Below, one piece after another: positions 10,124 to 20,817 of a stretch of DNA of 64,000 nucleotides. The stretch comes from Gammaproteobacteria bacterium (GTDB lineage: Bacteria; Pseudomonadota; Gammaproteobacteria; Steroidobacterales; JBCCMA01): contig JBGCFP010000080.1 of the NCBI GenBank assembly GCA_045107005.1, forward strand, positions 53,592 through 117,591, given 5' to 3'. A program made the translations under genes and the position numbers. Below the pieces are notes generated by a model. The model was not told the DNA's origin. It ran no database searches and saw nothing but the letters and a program-made list of their open reading frames with translations. The number at the start of each line of letters is the position of its first letter. Position 1 is the first letter of the stretch.

Positions 10124-10870
10124 ATGAAAATCATCGTTTGCGTCAAACGCGTTATCGATTACAACGTACGCGTGCAAATTAATCGCGACGGTGACGGCGT
10201 CGTGACCGACGGCGTTAAAATGAGCATGAACCCGTTCGATGAGATCGCGGTGGAAGAAGCCTTGCGTTTGAAAGAAGCCGGCAAGGCCACGGAAATCATT
10301 GCGCTGAGCATCGGCGACAAAACCAGCGAACAACAGCTCCGCACCGCATTGGCCATGGGGGCCGACCGCGCCATCCTGGTCAGCACCGATTCGGCACCGG
10401 CGCCACTGACGGCAGCGCGCGCCATTTTGAACGTGGTGGAAAAAGAACAGCCCCACCTGGTGATGCTGGGCAAGCAGGCCATTGACGACGACCGGAATCA
10501 AACGGGTCAAATGCTCGCCGCGCTGTGGGATCGCCCGCAGGCTACGTTTGCGTCCGAACTGGTCGTAGAGGGAGACACCGCCACGGTGACCCGCGAAGTG
10601 GATGCCGGTCTCGAGACCATCGAAGTCGACCTTCCCGCGGTCATGACGACCGATTTGCGGCTCAACGAGCCGCGTTACGTCAAACTGCCTGACATCATGA
10701 AAGCCAAGCGCAAGCCACTCGACACCGTGGATTTAAGCAGCATGGATCTGGCCGCAGCGCCGAACGTGACGACCAGCGACTTTGTGCCGCCGCCCAAACG
10801 GGAAGCCGGGACGATGGTTGAAGACATTCCGGCCTTGATTGAGGCCCTGAAAGCACGGGGGCTTGCCTGA
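10124..10870 (+). CDS. etfB: Electron transfer flavoprotein, beta subunit
   Basis: 248 aa starting 'MKIIVCVKRVIDYNVRVQ', with 'LVMLGKQAIDDD.NQTGQMLAA', typical of EtfB. Confidence 0.9.
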   Translation: MKIIVCVKRVIDYNVRVQINRDGDGVVTDGVKMSMNPFDEIAVEEALRLKEAGKATEIIALSIGDKTSEQQLRTALAMGADRAILVSTDSAPAPLTAARAILNVVEKEQPHLVMLGKQAIDDDRNQTGQMLAALWDRPQATFASELVVEGDTATVTREVDAGLETIEVDLPAVMTTDLRLNEPRYVKLPDIMKAKRKPLDTVDLSSMDLAAAPNVTTSDFVPPPKREAGTMVEDIPALIEALKARGLA

Positions 10871-11811
10871 TGACTGCGACTCTTTTGATTGCCGAGCACG
10901 ACGGACAAACACTCAACGCCGCCACCGCCAAAGCGCTCACCTGCGCGCGCGATATCGGCAGCGTTCACATTGCCGTATTTGGCGATAGCGCCACGGCCGT
11001 CTGTGATGCCGCCGCGCAGCTCGAAGGCGTAGACAAAGTTCTGAACATCTCGAACGCGGCCAATGCGCAACCGCTCGCCGCCGTGCTTGCTCCTCAGATC
11101 GTTGCGCTGGCCGCCGACTATCGTCACGTTGCTTTGCCATCGACAACCTTTGGCAAGGATCTCGCACCGCGCGTTGCCGCCCTGCTCGGCGCGCATCAGG
11201 TGAGCGACGTGATGAAAGTCATTTCCCCAACCGCATTCCAACGGCCCATTTACGCCGGCAACGTCCTCATCACCGAGACCGTCAATGACGACTCGAAGAT
11301 CGTACTGACGGCGCGCACCGCATCCTATGCCGCAGCGGAGAATGGCGGCGACCCGGCGCCCGTGGAAGACGCCAGTATTGCGGCCGAACTGCCCACCCAC
11401 ACACGCTTTAAGTCGATCAGCGCATCGTCTTCGGAGCGCCCGGATCTGCAGGCTGCCGCGTGGGTGGTTTCCGGCGGACGAGGCGTCGGCAGCGAAGAGA
11501 ACTTCAGCGTCATCTACGATCTCGCTGATCGCCTGGGCGCCGGAGTCGGCGCGTCGCGTGCCGCGGTTGACGCTGGTTTTGTTCCCAATGACATGCAGGT
11601 TGGCCAGACCGGCAAGATCATTGCCCCTGACGTCTACTTCGCGTTTGGCATTTCCGGTGCCATCCAGCACATTACCGGCATCAAGGATGCGGGCACCATC
11701 GTCGCGATTAACAAGGACGGCGAAGCGCCGATCTTCGAGGTGGCTGATATCGGCCTGGTCGGCGACTTGTTCGAGATCGCACCGAAGCTTGCAGAAGCCT
11801 TGGGCAAGTAG
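10870..11811 (+). CDS. etfA: Electron transfer flavoprotein, alpha subunit
   Basis: 313 aa with the FAD-binding C-terminal pattern '[45 protein letters not shown]'. 1-nt overlap with etfB. Confidence 0.9.
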   Translation: MTATLLIAEHDGQTLNAATAKALTCARDIGSVHIAVFGDSATAVCDAAAQLEGVDKVLNISNAANAQPLAAVLAPQIVALAADYRHVALPSTTFGKDLAPRVAALLGAHQVSDVMKVISPTAFQRPIYAGNVLITETVNDDSKIVLTARTASYAAAENGGDPAPVEDASIAAELPTHTRFKSISASSSERPDLQAAAWVVSGGRGVGSEENFSVIYDLADRLGAGVGASRAAVDAGFVPNDMQVGQTGKIIAPDVYFAFGISGAIQHITGIKDAGTIVAINKDGEAPIFEVADIGLVGDLFEIAPKLAEALGK

Positions 11812-11841
11812 CACCGCCCAGCACAGTTGCGGTAGCGGACC

Positions 11842-12996
11842 ATGCCACTGTCGAAACCGGGTGTTCTGGCGGGTTACCTGGACGACCTTCGCGAGCGTGG
11901 CTACGATGACGATCCCGACCAGCGCCAGATTGCCTCTGCGCTGGACGACGTCCGCGTCGCGTTAGCTAAAACCCAGAGCACGTCGAGCCACTGGCCGTTT
12001 TCGAGACGGCGAAAGGTCGATCCGGTCAAAGGTTTGTACATTCACGGCGATGTGGGTCGTGGCAAAACCTACCTCATGGATATGTTCTACGATCGTCTCG
12101 TCGAACGGCGCAAGCTGCGCCAGCATTTCCACCGGTTCATGCAGCGCGTGCACCACGATCTAAACCAACTCAAGCATCAGACTGACCCGCTCACCATCGT
12201 CGCGGCCGATCTGGCGGAGCGTTACCGAGTGATCTGTTTTGACGAGTTTTTCGTCTCGGACATTGCAGATGCAATGCTGTTGGGCGGATTGTTTACGCAG
12301 ATGTTCCGGCGCGGCGTCACGTTGATCGCCACGTCCAACGTGGCGCCGGACGATCTCTATCGCGACGGTCTGCAGCGCAGTCGTTTCCTGCCGGCGATCG
12401 ACCAACTCAACGCACACTGTCGCGTCATTTCGACCAGCGGGGCGAACGACTATCGCTTACGCCTCCTCGCCTCAACGGACAGCTATCGTCATCCACTCAG
12501 TGCCGCTACGCACCAGGCCCTGGCCGAGAGTTTTGATTTACTGGCCCCCGGGCCCGGCAGCGGGCCCGGCGAAATCAATATTCACCACCGCCCGATCCCA
12601 TTTGTGCGACGTGCGAACGGCATCGCATGGTTTGATTTTGACGCGCTGTGCCGCGGCCCGCGAGGCGTGGCTGACTACATCGAGATCGCGCGAACGTTCA
12701 AGACCATTTTGCTTTCCGGTGTGCCCACTCTTGACGCCACGCTGGAGAATGAATCACGGCGCTTTATCGCACTGGTCGACGAATTCTACGACCAGGGCAT
12801 CAATTTGCTGATGTCTGCCAATGAGCCTGTGGACCAGCTCTATCAGGGAAGCAAACTCACGTTCGAGTTTCGCCGCACGCAAAGTCGTCTGCGCGAAATG
12901 CAGAGCACCGAGTACTTGGCCCGGCCGCGCGATTTCCGGGCGACGACAACCAAAACGACCGAGTCAGATCCCTCGATTACTGCACGGTCACCGTAA
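11842..12996 (+). CDS. zapE: AFG1-like ATPase / cell division protein ZapE
   Basis: 384 aa. Walker A '[12 protein letters not shown]' and Walker B '[11 protein letters not shown]'. Overall AFG1/ZapE layout. Confidence 0.85.
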   Translation: MPLSKPGVLAGYLDDLRERGYDDDPDQRQIASALDDVRVALAKTQSTSSHWPFSRRRKVDPVKGLYIHGDVGRGKTYLMDMFYDRLVERRKLRQHFHRFMQRVHHDLNQLKHQTDPLTIVAADLAERYRVICFDEFFVSDIADAMLLGGLFTQMFRRGVTLIATSNVAPDDLYRDGLQRSRFLPAIDQLNAHCRVISTSGANDYRLRLLASTDSYRHPLSAATHQALAESFDLLAPGPGSGPGEINIHHRPIPFVRRANGIAWFDFDALCRGPRGVADYIEIARTFKTILLSGVPTLDATLENESRRFIALVDEFYDQGINLLMSANEPVDQLYQGSKLTFEFRRTQSRLREMQSTEYLARPRDFRATTTKTTESDPSITARSP

Positions 12997-13438
12997 TTTT
13001 TGGGGACATGACCGGCGGCGAATGCGGCACGTGAATGAAGTTACCGAGCAGAAGTTGCAGTGAATGTTCACCTGGCGACAATTCAATGCTGGTTTCGGTT
13101 TGGCCCCCGCCAAAGTGCCGCACGTTGTCCGTGGCCGGTAGCGGCGCCGTCAAGTCCGGCAATTCGTCGACGTCAATGAGCAGGTGGTGATGGCCGCTGT
13201 TCTTGGCATCGACCCCAGCGGGTGCCACGCCCATGCCGCGTAAACCGAACACGACGCGCAGCGGCGAAGACACCACGTCACCGTCCTTGAGCGACACAAA
13301 GTAAACCTCGACAGAATTCGCGCTGTCGGTCGTCGGTGCCTTGGTGTCTGTCATGGGTTCCTTGGCAGCGTGGTGATCGGCACACGCCATCTGCATGATC
13401 AGCGCCGTGGCGCCAAGTATAGCAAATCGTCGAATCAT
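12977..13438 (-). CDS. DUF4399-type secreted protein
   Basis: 153 aa with a signal peptide and the 'GHHHLLIDV' His-rich motif I associate with DUF4399. Its 3' end overlaps the zapE 3' end by 20 nt (convergent). Confidence 0.65.
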   Translation of the reverse strand: MIRRFAILGATALIMQMACADHHAAKEPMTDTKAPTTDSANSVEVYFVSLKDGDVVSSPLRVVFGLRGMGVAPAGVDAKNSGHHHLLIDVDELPDLTAPLPATDNVRHFGGGQTETSIELSPGEHSLQLLLGNFIHVPHSPPVMSPKITVTVQ

Positions 13439-13553
13439 TCGTCGCTGTTCCTTTTTCAGTCTGAAGTACTGCAGCCGTCAGCACTGCGTTGGAGAAAACT
13501 CTTTCTCAGGGCTCTGAGTGTAACCAAATCTCGCCAGGCACCGAAAGAGCAGG

Positions 13554-14027
13554 CTAAGGCGTGCGCAGAAAATAGGAGTAAAACTGGCTGTCCCGCTCGT
13601 AGCCCAGTCCCTCATACAATTTCTGCGCCGCTTTGTTGTTGATCTGGGTACTGAGCAATAGCCCTTTCGAACCGGTGGCGACAGAATGTGCGCGCGCCGC
13701 TTCCATCAACTCGCGACCTACGCCTCGCCGACGCGCCGTCTTGCTCACAAACAGATCATTGAGAATCCACAGCGCTTGCCCCGACACGGACGAAAACGAC
13801 GGAAACAGCTGCGTAAAACCCAGTCCCAAACCGGAATCAGCATCCAGAGCGAGAAAAATGACGGAGTCAAACTGCCGCAGCCTCGCTTCGAGAAACGACT
13901 CCGCCAGCGCGCGCTGGCTGGCCTGGCCGTAGAATCGACGGTAGTTATCGAACAACGGCACCAGCGTTTCGAGATGATGCAGTCTGGCTTGAACGACGCG
14001 CAGCGCACGCGAATTCTTCGCCACCAT
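13554..14027 (-). CDS. GNAT family N-acetyltransferase
   Basis: 157 aa from the ATG at 14027. Acetyl-CoA binding motif 'RRRGVGRELMEAA'. The longer ORF-track version (to 14366) is an antisense read-through into maiA. Confidence 0.8.
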   Translation of the reverse strand: MVAKNSRALRVVQARLHHLETLVPLFDNYRRFYGQASQRALAESFLEARLRQFDSVIFLALDADSGLGLGFTQLFPSFSSVSGQALWILNDLFVSKTARRRGVGRELMEAARAHSVATGSKGLLLSTQINNKAAQKLYEGLGYERDSQFYSYFLRTP

Positions 14028-14028
14028 T

Positions 14029-14733
14029 TCAGTCCGCCGCGTCCGCTTGGTTTTCTGGACGCGCGCGATCAAAGGCATCCAGTGCGAGCGCGCGGTCACA
14101 GATGCCGCGCAAGACCGGATAGCCAGACACGTCACACTCGAAACGCCGCGCGTTATACATCTGGCCGACCAGTACGATATCGGCCATACCCGGCGTGTCG
14201 CCATGACAAAACTGACCGGTGAGAGGGCTGCGCGCAAGTCGGGTTTCGAGTGCGGTGAATCCAAGCTCAACCCAGTGCGCGTACCACGCACTTTTCGCAT
14301 CCTCGCTAATGCCAGCCGGGCCGCGCAGGTATTGCAATACGCGCAGGTTGTTAAGCGGATGGACATCGCAGGTTATCGTGGCGCACAGACTGCGCACTCG
14401 CGCTCGCTCGGCTGGCCGTACCGGCAACAGAGCGGGCCACGGGTACATCTCTTCGAGATACTCGATGATAGCCATGGACTGCGACAACACTTGATCGTCG
14501 ATGCACAACGTGGGTACAAGGCCTTGGGGGTTGAGAGCACGATAGTCATCACCGTGCTGCGCGCCGCCGTCGCGAATCAAATGTACGGACCGAATCTCGT
14601 GCGCAATGTCTTTCAGATTCAGCGCAATCCGAACGCGGTACGCGGCGGTACTGCGCCAGTAGCTGTAGAGCAGCGGCGGTGATGTAGGCGTTGATTGGCT
14701 CAAAGTCGTCCCCAAGGTCGCAACGTGATCCAT
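14029..14733 (-). CDS. maiA: Maleylacetoacetate isomerase (zeta-class glutathione S-transferase)
   Basis: 'LYSYWRSTAAYRVRIALNLK' and 'LNPQGLVPTL' are hallmark GST-zeta/MaiA motifs. The true start may be a little downstream of 14733. Confidence 0.85.
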   Translation of the reverse strand: MDHVATLGTTLSQSTPTSPPLLYSYWRSTAAYRVRIALNLKDIAHEIRSVHLIRDGGAQHGDDYRALNPQGLVPTLCIDDQVLSQSMAIIEYLEEMYPWPALLPVRPAERARVRSLCATITCDVHPLNNLRVLQYLRGPAGISEDAKSAWYAHWVELGFTALETRLARSPLTGQFCHGDTPGMADIVLVGQMYNARRFECDVSGYPVLRGICDRALALDAFDRARPENQADAAD

Positions 14734-14874
14734 GCGCCGGCCAAGTCATGGCTCTGTGCGCGCCTCGTCAAAAAAGTCGGCAACCGGATAAATTTCGTCC
14801 GACCAGCGATAGCGCGTAATATGTGTGCAGGTTCGGCGCAGCCGAAAAATTGGTGAATAGCGGATTCTATAGTA

Positions 14875-15348
14875 ATGGATGCAGGCGATACCCCAAAGGA
14901 CGAGTGTCAGGAGACGGTTTTGCGGTTGGAAGAGTTCCTGCCCTACCGCCTCTCATTGGCGTCCAATATTATTTCCAGCGGCATTGCAGATCTGTATGCA
15001 GAGCGCTTCAATCTCACGATCGCGCAGTGGCGAATTATGGCGGTGATTGGCCGCTTCGACGATTTGTCGGCGCGCGAAGTGGCCGAGCGCACGGCCATGG
15101 ATAAAGTGGCGGTCAGTCGGGCACTGAAGGGCCTGGAGGAGTCTGGCCACCTGCATCGCAGTGTCAGTGCGGAAGATCGCCGACGCAGTGTGCTCGCGCT
15201 CACTCGCGCTGGCCGCGTTATCTACAACCAGGTCGCCCCCATTGCGATCGACTACGAGCGGCGTCTCCTCGAGGGTTTGGACGAAACTGAGCAAAGCACC
15301 CTCGCCCAGCTGCTTGATCGACTCAAAACACGCGCCCAGCAACTGTGA
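14875..15348 (+). CDS. MarR family transcriptional regulator
   Basis: 157 aa with winged-HTH MarR pattern ('LTIAQWRIMAVI..LSAREVAERTAMDKVAVSRALKGLEE'). Divergent from maiA. Confidence 0.85.
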   Translation: MDAGDTPKDECQETVLRLEEFLPYRLSLASNIISSGIADLYAERFNLTIAQWRIMAVIGRFDDLSAREVAERTAMDKVAVSRALKGLEESGHLHRSVSAEDRRRSVLALTRAGRVIYNQVAPIAIDYERRLLEGLDETEQSTLAQLLDRLKTRAQQL

Positions 15349-15438
15349 CGTCAGCGTGCCAGCCTTTGAGCCTGGCGCCCGTCCCGAATCCCGAGAGCAC
15401 TCGCCAGCATTGACGTCACCGTGCGCGTTGTCGCATCG

Positions 15439-15696
15439 TCAATGGCGCATTGTCTGTGCGACGAAAAATCCGCCAAACACCAGCAAACCGGGGATCGTGA
15501 CGCGCCATAGCCAGGTCCGGATGTTCTTTTCGCTATCGGTCTTCAAGCCACCACGAGCGCGATATGCTGCAATGCGGCGAAAACAACGGTTTTTCCTGTT
15601 CAGACCGGTCCTTGTGCTCAGAAGGTCAAAATGGCGGGAACAATTGCCGATAAAGGTGAACCAGCGCAACGTTGTGGCCGGGAAATAGGTGCTCAA
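15439..15696 (-). CDS. Hypothetical small protein with C-terminal hydrophobic segment (weak call)
   Basis: 85-aa ORF in the ~590-bp spacer upstream of gdhB. It has only one hydrophobic stretch ('IPGLLVFGGFFVAQ') and no recognisable family. Confidence 0.25.
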   Translation of the reverse strand: MSTYFPATTLRWFTFIGNCSRHFDLLSTRTGLNRKNRCFRRIAAYRARGGLKTDSEKNIRTWLWRVTIPGLLVFGGFFVAQTMRH

Positions 15697-15939
15697 TAAC
15701 GTCGGACAGTGAACATAACGGCGCAGGATTTATGCTCTGTGATGGTGCACTGATGTATAATCGCGGCCGCCTTGCAGCCGCATGGCTCGCCGCTAAAGGG
15801 ATATGGCCCGTGGCCGATTACAACTCCATACATTCCGGCTTCTCAACAGCGAAAACACCTCTTTGCCGCAGCGGCGATTCTCGCCGCGCGCCAGTATTTC
15901 TGCGACCTATTGATGCAACCCGACCAGAGACCCAGTGAC

Positions 15940-18900
15940 ATGGCAACGCAACTGAAAAAGACTCCTCCCATGCAACGACGCGGCAGCGATGCCAAAGCGC
16001 GTTTACTGCAAAAAGTCATCAATGAAGCAAAGTCGATGCAAGGCACAGACCAACGTCTGTCCGTTGCCGATTTTATTCGCCAGTACTACAGCAGCGTATC
16101 CGCCGAGGATTTACGCCAGCGGCGCAGTAGCGATCTGGCCGGCGCCGCACTGAGTCACCTTGAGTTATCGCGAACTCGACGCAAAGGCCAGACCAAGCTG
16201 CGCGTTTACAACCCGGATGCAAAAAAAGACCAGTGGGATTCGCCGCACAGCGTGCTGCAAGTCGTCACTGAGGATCGCCCGTTTCTGGTCGACTCTCTGG
16301 GCGCCGCCATTAACAGCGAAGGCTTGAGCGTACACCTGACGGTCCACCCTATTCTGCGTACGCAGCGCGACAAGCGCGGGCGACTCGATCACTTGCTGGC
16401 CAACAACGAAACCAGCGGCTCATTCAGCGTTGAATCACACATTCAAATTGAATTTGATCGTGTCACCGATAAAGATTTTCTCAAGCGCCTCGCAGAAACA
16501 ATTGAATCAACGCTCGGCGATGTTCAAGCCGCCACCGAAGACTGGCGCGACATGCGCGGCATGGCTATGTCGATCAGCAAATCGCTGGCCAAAAAACGTC
16601 CCAAAGGCACTGCCAAGGCTGACGCAGAGGAAGCTTGCGCGATGCTCGACTGGATGGTCGATCAGAATTTTACGTTCCTCGGATACCGCGAATACAAACT
16701 GTCGCGCAGCACCAGCAAGACCATGTTAAAACCCTCCCCCGGCAGCGGTCTTGGCATTTTACGGCCCACCGGACGACCGGTAGCGAGCCCTGAGCACCCG
16801 GGTTTGGAGCGTGCCATTCGCAGCCAGGTACGCGCGGCAGACCTATTGGTCATCACCAAAGCCAACAGCCGCTCGACGGTGCATCGACCGGCGCACCTGG
16901 ACTATGTCGGCGTCAAAGTTTTTGACGCCAGCGGCAAAGTGGTCGGTGAAAAACGTTTCCTCGGTCTGTTCACGTCCATCGCTTACAGTCGCAGTCCGCG
17001 CGACATTCCCATCCTGCGCCGAAAAGTTCAGCAGATCATGGATCGCTCCGGACTCTCGCCGACCAGTCATGGCGGCAAGGCCCTCATGCACATTCTTGAG
17101 GCTTACCCGCGCGACGAACTGTTTCAAAGTAGCATTGAAGATCTGGCGCGCATCTCCGACGGCATTTTGAGCCTGCAGGAACGCCAGCGCGTGAAGCTGT
17201 TCGTGCGCCGCGATGCGTTCCGTCGCTTCTTCTCGTGCATCGTGTTTGCGCCGCGCGAGAAATACAACACACAAGTTCGCGAGCGCATCGAAAACATATT
17301 GCTCGAAGGACTGGATGGAATCAGCGTCGAATCCGAAGTGAAGCTGTCGGATTCCAAACTCGCTCGCCTGCATTCCATCGTACGCACGTCGCCGGCAACG
17401 TCATCACGTGTCCATCTGAAAAAAGTGGAGCAAGCGATCGTTGATGCCGTGCGCACGTGGCGCGATGATCTGCGTGACGAACTGGTGAGCCGTGTCGGCG
17501 AAGAAGAAGGACTGCGTCTTTTCCACCGCTACGCGACGGTTTTCCCGGCTGCGTATGAAGAGGACGTCAGCGCCCGTGAAGCAACGTTTGATATCGAGCG
17601 CATCGATTCACTGGGATTCGAACCCGACAGCCTGAAGATGAGCCTCTACCGGCCCGTCACTTTCGACAGCGAGCACATTCGCTTCAAGGTGTTTCGACGC
17701 AACGAGCCGATTCCGCTGTCCGAGGCACTTCCGATGCTCGAGCATCTGGGCCTGACCGTCATCAGCGAGCGGCCCTACTGCCTGCGCATGGACGACAGCT
17801 CGGTCTGGGTGCAAGACTTTGAAATGACCTTCGCGCTCGACGGGCAACGCGACCCGGCGCAAGTCAACGAACTGTTCCAGGATACGTTCGCGAACGCGTG
17901 GCGCGGCTGCACCGAGAGTGATGAATTCAATCGCCTGGCACTGGTCGCGCAACTCGACTGGCGTCACATCATGTTGGTGCGAGCGTACTGTCGCTATCTG
18001 TTGCAAACCGGGTTGCCGTACAGCCAAGCCTACATGCAGGAAGTAGTGGTCGGCAATCCTGACGTCGCGCGTGCTCTGATTGACGAATTCACCATGCGAT
18101 TCGACACGTCGGTCTCCGCGCGTCGCCGCAAACGCCGCCTTGGCGACATCGCCGACATTAGCGATCTGGCACTCGATAAAGTCGCCAGCGCCGATGAAGA
18201 CCGCATCTTGCGCAGCTTTCTTGCCGCATTACGAGCTACGTTGCGCACCAATTTCTATCAACTGGACGAGAACGGCCAGAACAAACCTTACGTCTCTTTC
18301 AAATTCAATCCGGAACGGATTCTCGATCTGCCAAAACCACTGCCAGCGTACGAAGTGTTTGTCTATTCGCCACGCATGGAAGGCGTGCACTTGCGCGGCG
18401 GTTCCGTTGCCCGCGGAGGCTTGCGCTGGTCGGATCGACGCGAAGATTTTCGCACCGAAGTGCTCGGCTTGATGAAAGCGCAGAAAGTAAAGAACACGCT
18501 GATCGTGCCGACTGGCGCTAAGGGCGGCTTCGTGTGCAAGCGACTACCCGAAAGCGGACGCGAGGCCATTGCGGCCGAGGTCGTGCGTTGTTACCAGCAG
18601 TTCATCAGCGGCTTGCTCGACATCACTGACAATCTGATGGACGGCGAAATTGTGCCCCCACCGAAAGTCGTGCGGCATGACGCGGACGATCCGTATCTGG
18701 TGGTTGCTGCCGATAAAGGCACCGCCACGTTCTCGGATACGGCCAACGCGATTTCCAAAGAGTACGAATTCTGGTTGGACGACGCGTTCGCCTCCGGCGG
18801 ATCGGTGGGTTACGACCACAAAGGCATGGGCATCACGGCCAAAGGCGGATGGGAAGCGGTGAAACGCCATTTCCGCGAGATTGGCGTGGACGTGCAGACT

Positions 18901-20817
18901 GAGAGTTTTACCGTGTGCGGCATCGGCGACATGTCCGGCGACGTGTTCGGCAACGGCCTGTTGCGCTCGCCGACGACCCGACTGCTCGCTGCGTTTAATC
19001 ACCTACATATTTTTCTCGATCCTGATCCTGACGCGGCCAAGAGTTTCGCCGAGCGCCAGCGACTGTTCGATATGGGTCGCTCATCATGGTCCGATTACGA
19101 TGCATCGCTCATTTCCGAGGGCGGTGGCATTTACTCACGCCAGGACAAATCCATCGATATCAGTCCACAAGTGCGCGCGGCACTCGGCCTGGAAGATCGC
19201 ATCAAGACTCTCTCGCCAACCAAACTGATGCAGGCCATATTGCAGGCGCCGGTCGACTTGCTGTGGAACGGCGGCATCGGCACCTACGTCAAGAGCGAGA
19301 ATGAAACTCACGACGATGCGGGTGATCGAGCCAACGACTCTCTGCGCGTCAACGGCAGCGACCTGCGCTGCAAAGTTGTTGGTGAGGGCGGCAACCTGGG
19401 CCTGACGCAGCTAGGTCGCATTGAATTCGCAGCTCAGGAAGGTCGCATCAATACCGATTTTATCGACAACGCCGGTGGCGTGAACTGCTCTGATCGCGAG
19501 GTCAACATTAAGATCCTCCTGGGTCTCGCGACGGCCGCGGGCGAACTGACGCTGGTGCGGCGTAACCGTCGGCTGGCGCAAATGACCGACGAAGTAGAGC
19601 AACTGGTTCTGCGCGACAACTATCTGCAAACCCAGGCGCTCAGCATCGCGGAAACCGATGCGCCGGCGCGTGCCAATGAGCATGCGCATCTGATACGCGA
19701 GCTGGAGAAAACCGGTGATCTGGATCGCGAGATCGAGTTTTTGCCAAGCGGCGAAGAAATTCGCGAACGCCACGCCAAAGGCCGAGGCTTGACACGCCCC
19801 GAGCTCGCCGTGCTGTTGTCCTACAGCAAGATCAATCTGTTCGACCAACTGGCCGAATCCGATGTCGCCAGCGATTCGCATCTGGTCAGCGAGCTGGCCA
19901 ATTATTTCCCGGCGCCAATGCGCAAGACCTTCCAGAAACACATGGCGCAGCATCCGCTGGCCAGCGAAATTGTCGCCACTCAGATTACCAACAGTCTGAT
20001 CAACCGGATGGGCCCCACGTTCGTGCGTCGGGTTCAAGAGGAGACCGGCGCGGCCGCCTGCGATGTCGCGCGCTCGTTTACCGTTGCCCGCGAAGCCTTT
20101 GACATGCGCGGCATCTGGAAAGGCATCGAGCGACTCGACAACGTCGTCCCAGCCGCCGCGCAGTACAGCATGATGGCCCAAACCACGCGCTTGCTCAGGC
20201 GCGCTACGATCTGGGTGCTGGTCCGCGCGCAAAGCAAATTCGACATCGCCAAGACCATCGCTCGATTCGAATCAGGTATTGAGGCTGTCTCGCGCAAATT
20301 GCCAATGCTGCTCGGCGCAAGCGAGCGTTCACGCTTTGACGATTCGGTTCAGCTGTACATGAACATGGGCGTGCCCAAGCGACTCGCGCGTCGCTTGTCG
20401 GGATTACGCAGTCTCTATGCGACGCTCGACATCGTCGACGTGGCCAGTGAACTTGAGCTCGAGGAGCTCAGCGTAGCCAAAGCGTACTACCGTCTGGGCG
20501 GCGAACTGCAGCTGGGCTGGATTCGCGATCAGGCCGAGCGCTTGAAAGTAGCGGGCCGCTGGCATGCGCTGGCGCGTGGCTCACTGCGTGATAGCGTCGA
20601 TGACATTCAGAGGTCGGTTACCCGCGCTGTCATGCGGGTCGCCGACGGCAAATCCGCGGATGAGCAGGTAACACGCTGGCTTGACCAGAACGCTGTCGGC
20701 GTTGCGCGGGCGCGCCGCGTGCTCGACGACATTCGCGAAATCGGACAGTCCGACTTTGCAACCCTGTCTGTGGCAATATCGGAGGCACGTAAACTCAGCA
20801 CGCTTGGGGGCGAATAA
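15940..20817 (+). CDS. gdhB: NAD-specific glutamate dehydrogenase, large (~180 kDa) GdhB type
   Basis: 1625 aa from the ATG at 15940. The central catalytic region 'RGGLRWSDRREDFRTEVLGLMKAQKVKN..VPTGAKGGF' and 'GDMSGDVFGNG' is characteristic of the large NAD-GDH family. The ORF-track start at 15772 adds an implausible leader. Confidence 0.9.
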   Translation: MATQLKKTPPMQRRGSDAKARLLQKVINEAKSMQGTDQRLSVADFIRQYYSSVSAEDLRQRRSSDLAGAALSHLELSRTRRKGQTKLRVYNPDAKKDQWDSPHSVLQVVTEDRPFLVDSLGAAINSEGLSVHLTVHPILRTQRDKRGRLDHLLANNETSGSFSVESHIQIEFDRVTDKDFLKRLAETIESTLGDVQAATEDWRDMRGMAMSISKSLAKKRPKGTAKADAEEACAMLDWMVDQNFTFLGYREYKLSRSTSKTMLKPSPGSGLGILRPTGRPVASPEHPGLERAIRSQVRAADLLVITKANSRSTVHRPAHLDYVGVKVFDASGKVVGEKRFLGLFTSIAYSRSPRDIPILRRKVQQIMDRSGLSPTSHGGKALMHILEAYPRDELFQSSIEDLARISDGILSLQERQRVKLFVRRDAFRRFFSCIVFAPREKYNTQVRERIENILLEGLDGISVESEVKLSDSKLARLHSIVRTSPATSSRVHLKKVEQAIVDAVRTWRDDLRDELVSRVGEEEGLRLFHRYATVFPAAYEEDVSAREATFDIERIDSLGFEPDSLKMSLYRPVTFDSEHIRFKVFRRNEPIPLSEALPMLEHLGLTVISERPYCLRMDDSSVWVQDFEMTFALDGQRDPAQVNELFQDTFANAWRGCTESDEFNRLALVAQLDWRHIMLVRAYCRYLLQTGLPYSQAYMQEVVVGNPDVARALIDEFTMRFDTSVSARRRKRRLGDIADISDLALDKVASADEDRILRSFLAALRATLRTNFYQLDENGQNKPYVSFKFNPERILDLPKPLPAYEVFVYSPRMEGVHLRGGSVARGGLRWSDRREDFRTEVLGLMKAQKVKNTLIVPTGAKGGFVCKRLPESGREAIAAEVVRCYQQFISGLLDITDNLMDGEIVPPPKVVRHDADDPYLVVAADKGTATFSDTANAISKEYEFWLDDAFASGGSVGYDHKGMGITAKGGWEAVKRHFREIGVDVQTESFTVCGIGDMSGDVFGNGLLRSPTTRLLAAFNHLHIFLDPDPDAAKSFAERQRLFDMGRSSWSDYDASLISEGGGIYSRQDKSIDISPQVRAALGLEDRIKTLSPTKLMQAILQAPVDLLWNGGIGTYVKSENETHDDAGDRANDSLRVNGSDLRCKVVGEGGNLGLTQLGRIEFAAQEGRINTDFIDNAGGVNCSDREVNIKILLGLATAAGELTLVRRNRRLAQMTDEVEQLVLRDNYLQTQALSIAETDAPARANEHAHLIRELEKTGDLDREIEFLPSGEEIRERHAKGRGLTRPELAVLLSYSKINLFDQLAESDVASDSHLVSELANYFPAPMRKTFQKHMAQHPLASEIVATQITNSLINRMGPTFVRRVQEETGAAACDVARSFTVAREAFDMRGIWKGIERLDNVVPAAAQYSMMAQTTRLLRRATIWVLVRAQSKFDIAKTIARFESGIEAVSRKLPMLLGASERSRFDDSVQLYMNMGVPKRLARRLSGLRSLYATLDIVDVASELELEELSVAKAYYRLGGELQLGWIRDQAERLKVAGRWHALARGSLRDSVDDIQRSVTRAVMRVADGKSADEQVTRWLDQNAVGVARARRVLDDIREIGQSDFATLSVAISEARKLSTLGGE

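Noticed and set aside
13554-14366. 270-aa version of the GNAT ORF
   Set aside because: The N-terminal 113 codons overlap maiA on the same strand in another frame and look non-protein-like. The ATG at 14027, right after the maiA stop, gives a standard 157-aa GNAT.
15772-15939. Upstream extension of gdhB (ORF-track start 15772)
   Set aside because: It adds 56 residues with no similarity to the family. The ATG at 15940 gives about 1625 aa, the usual size.
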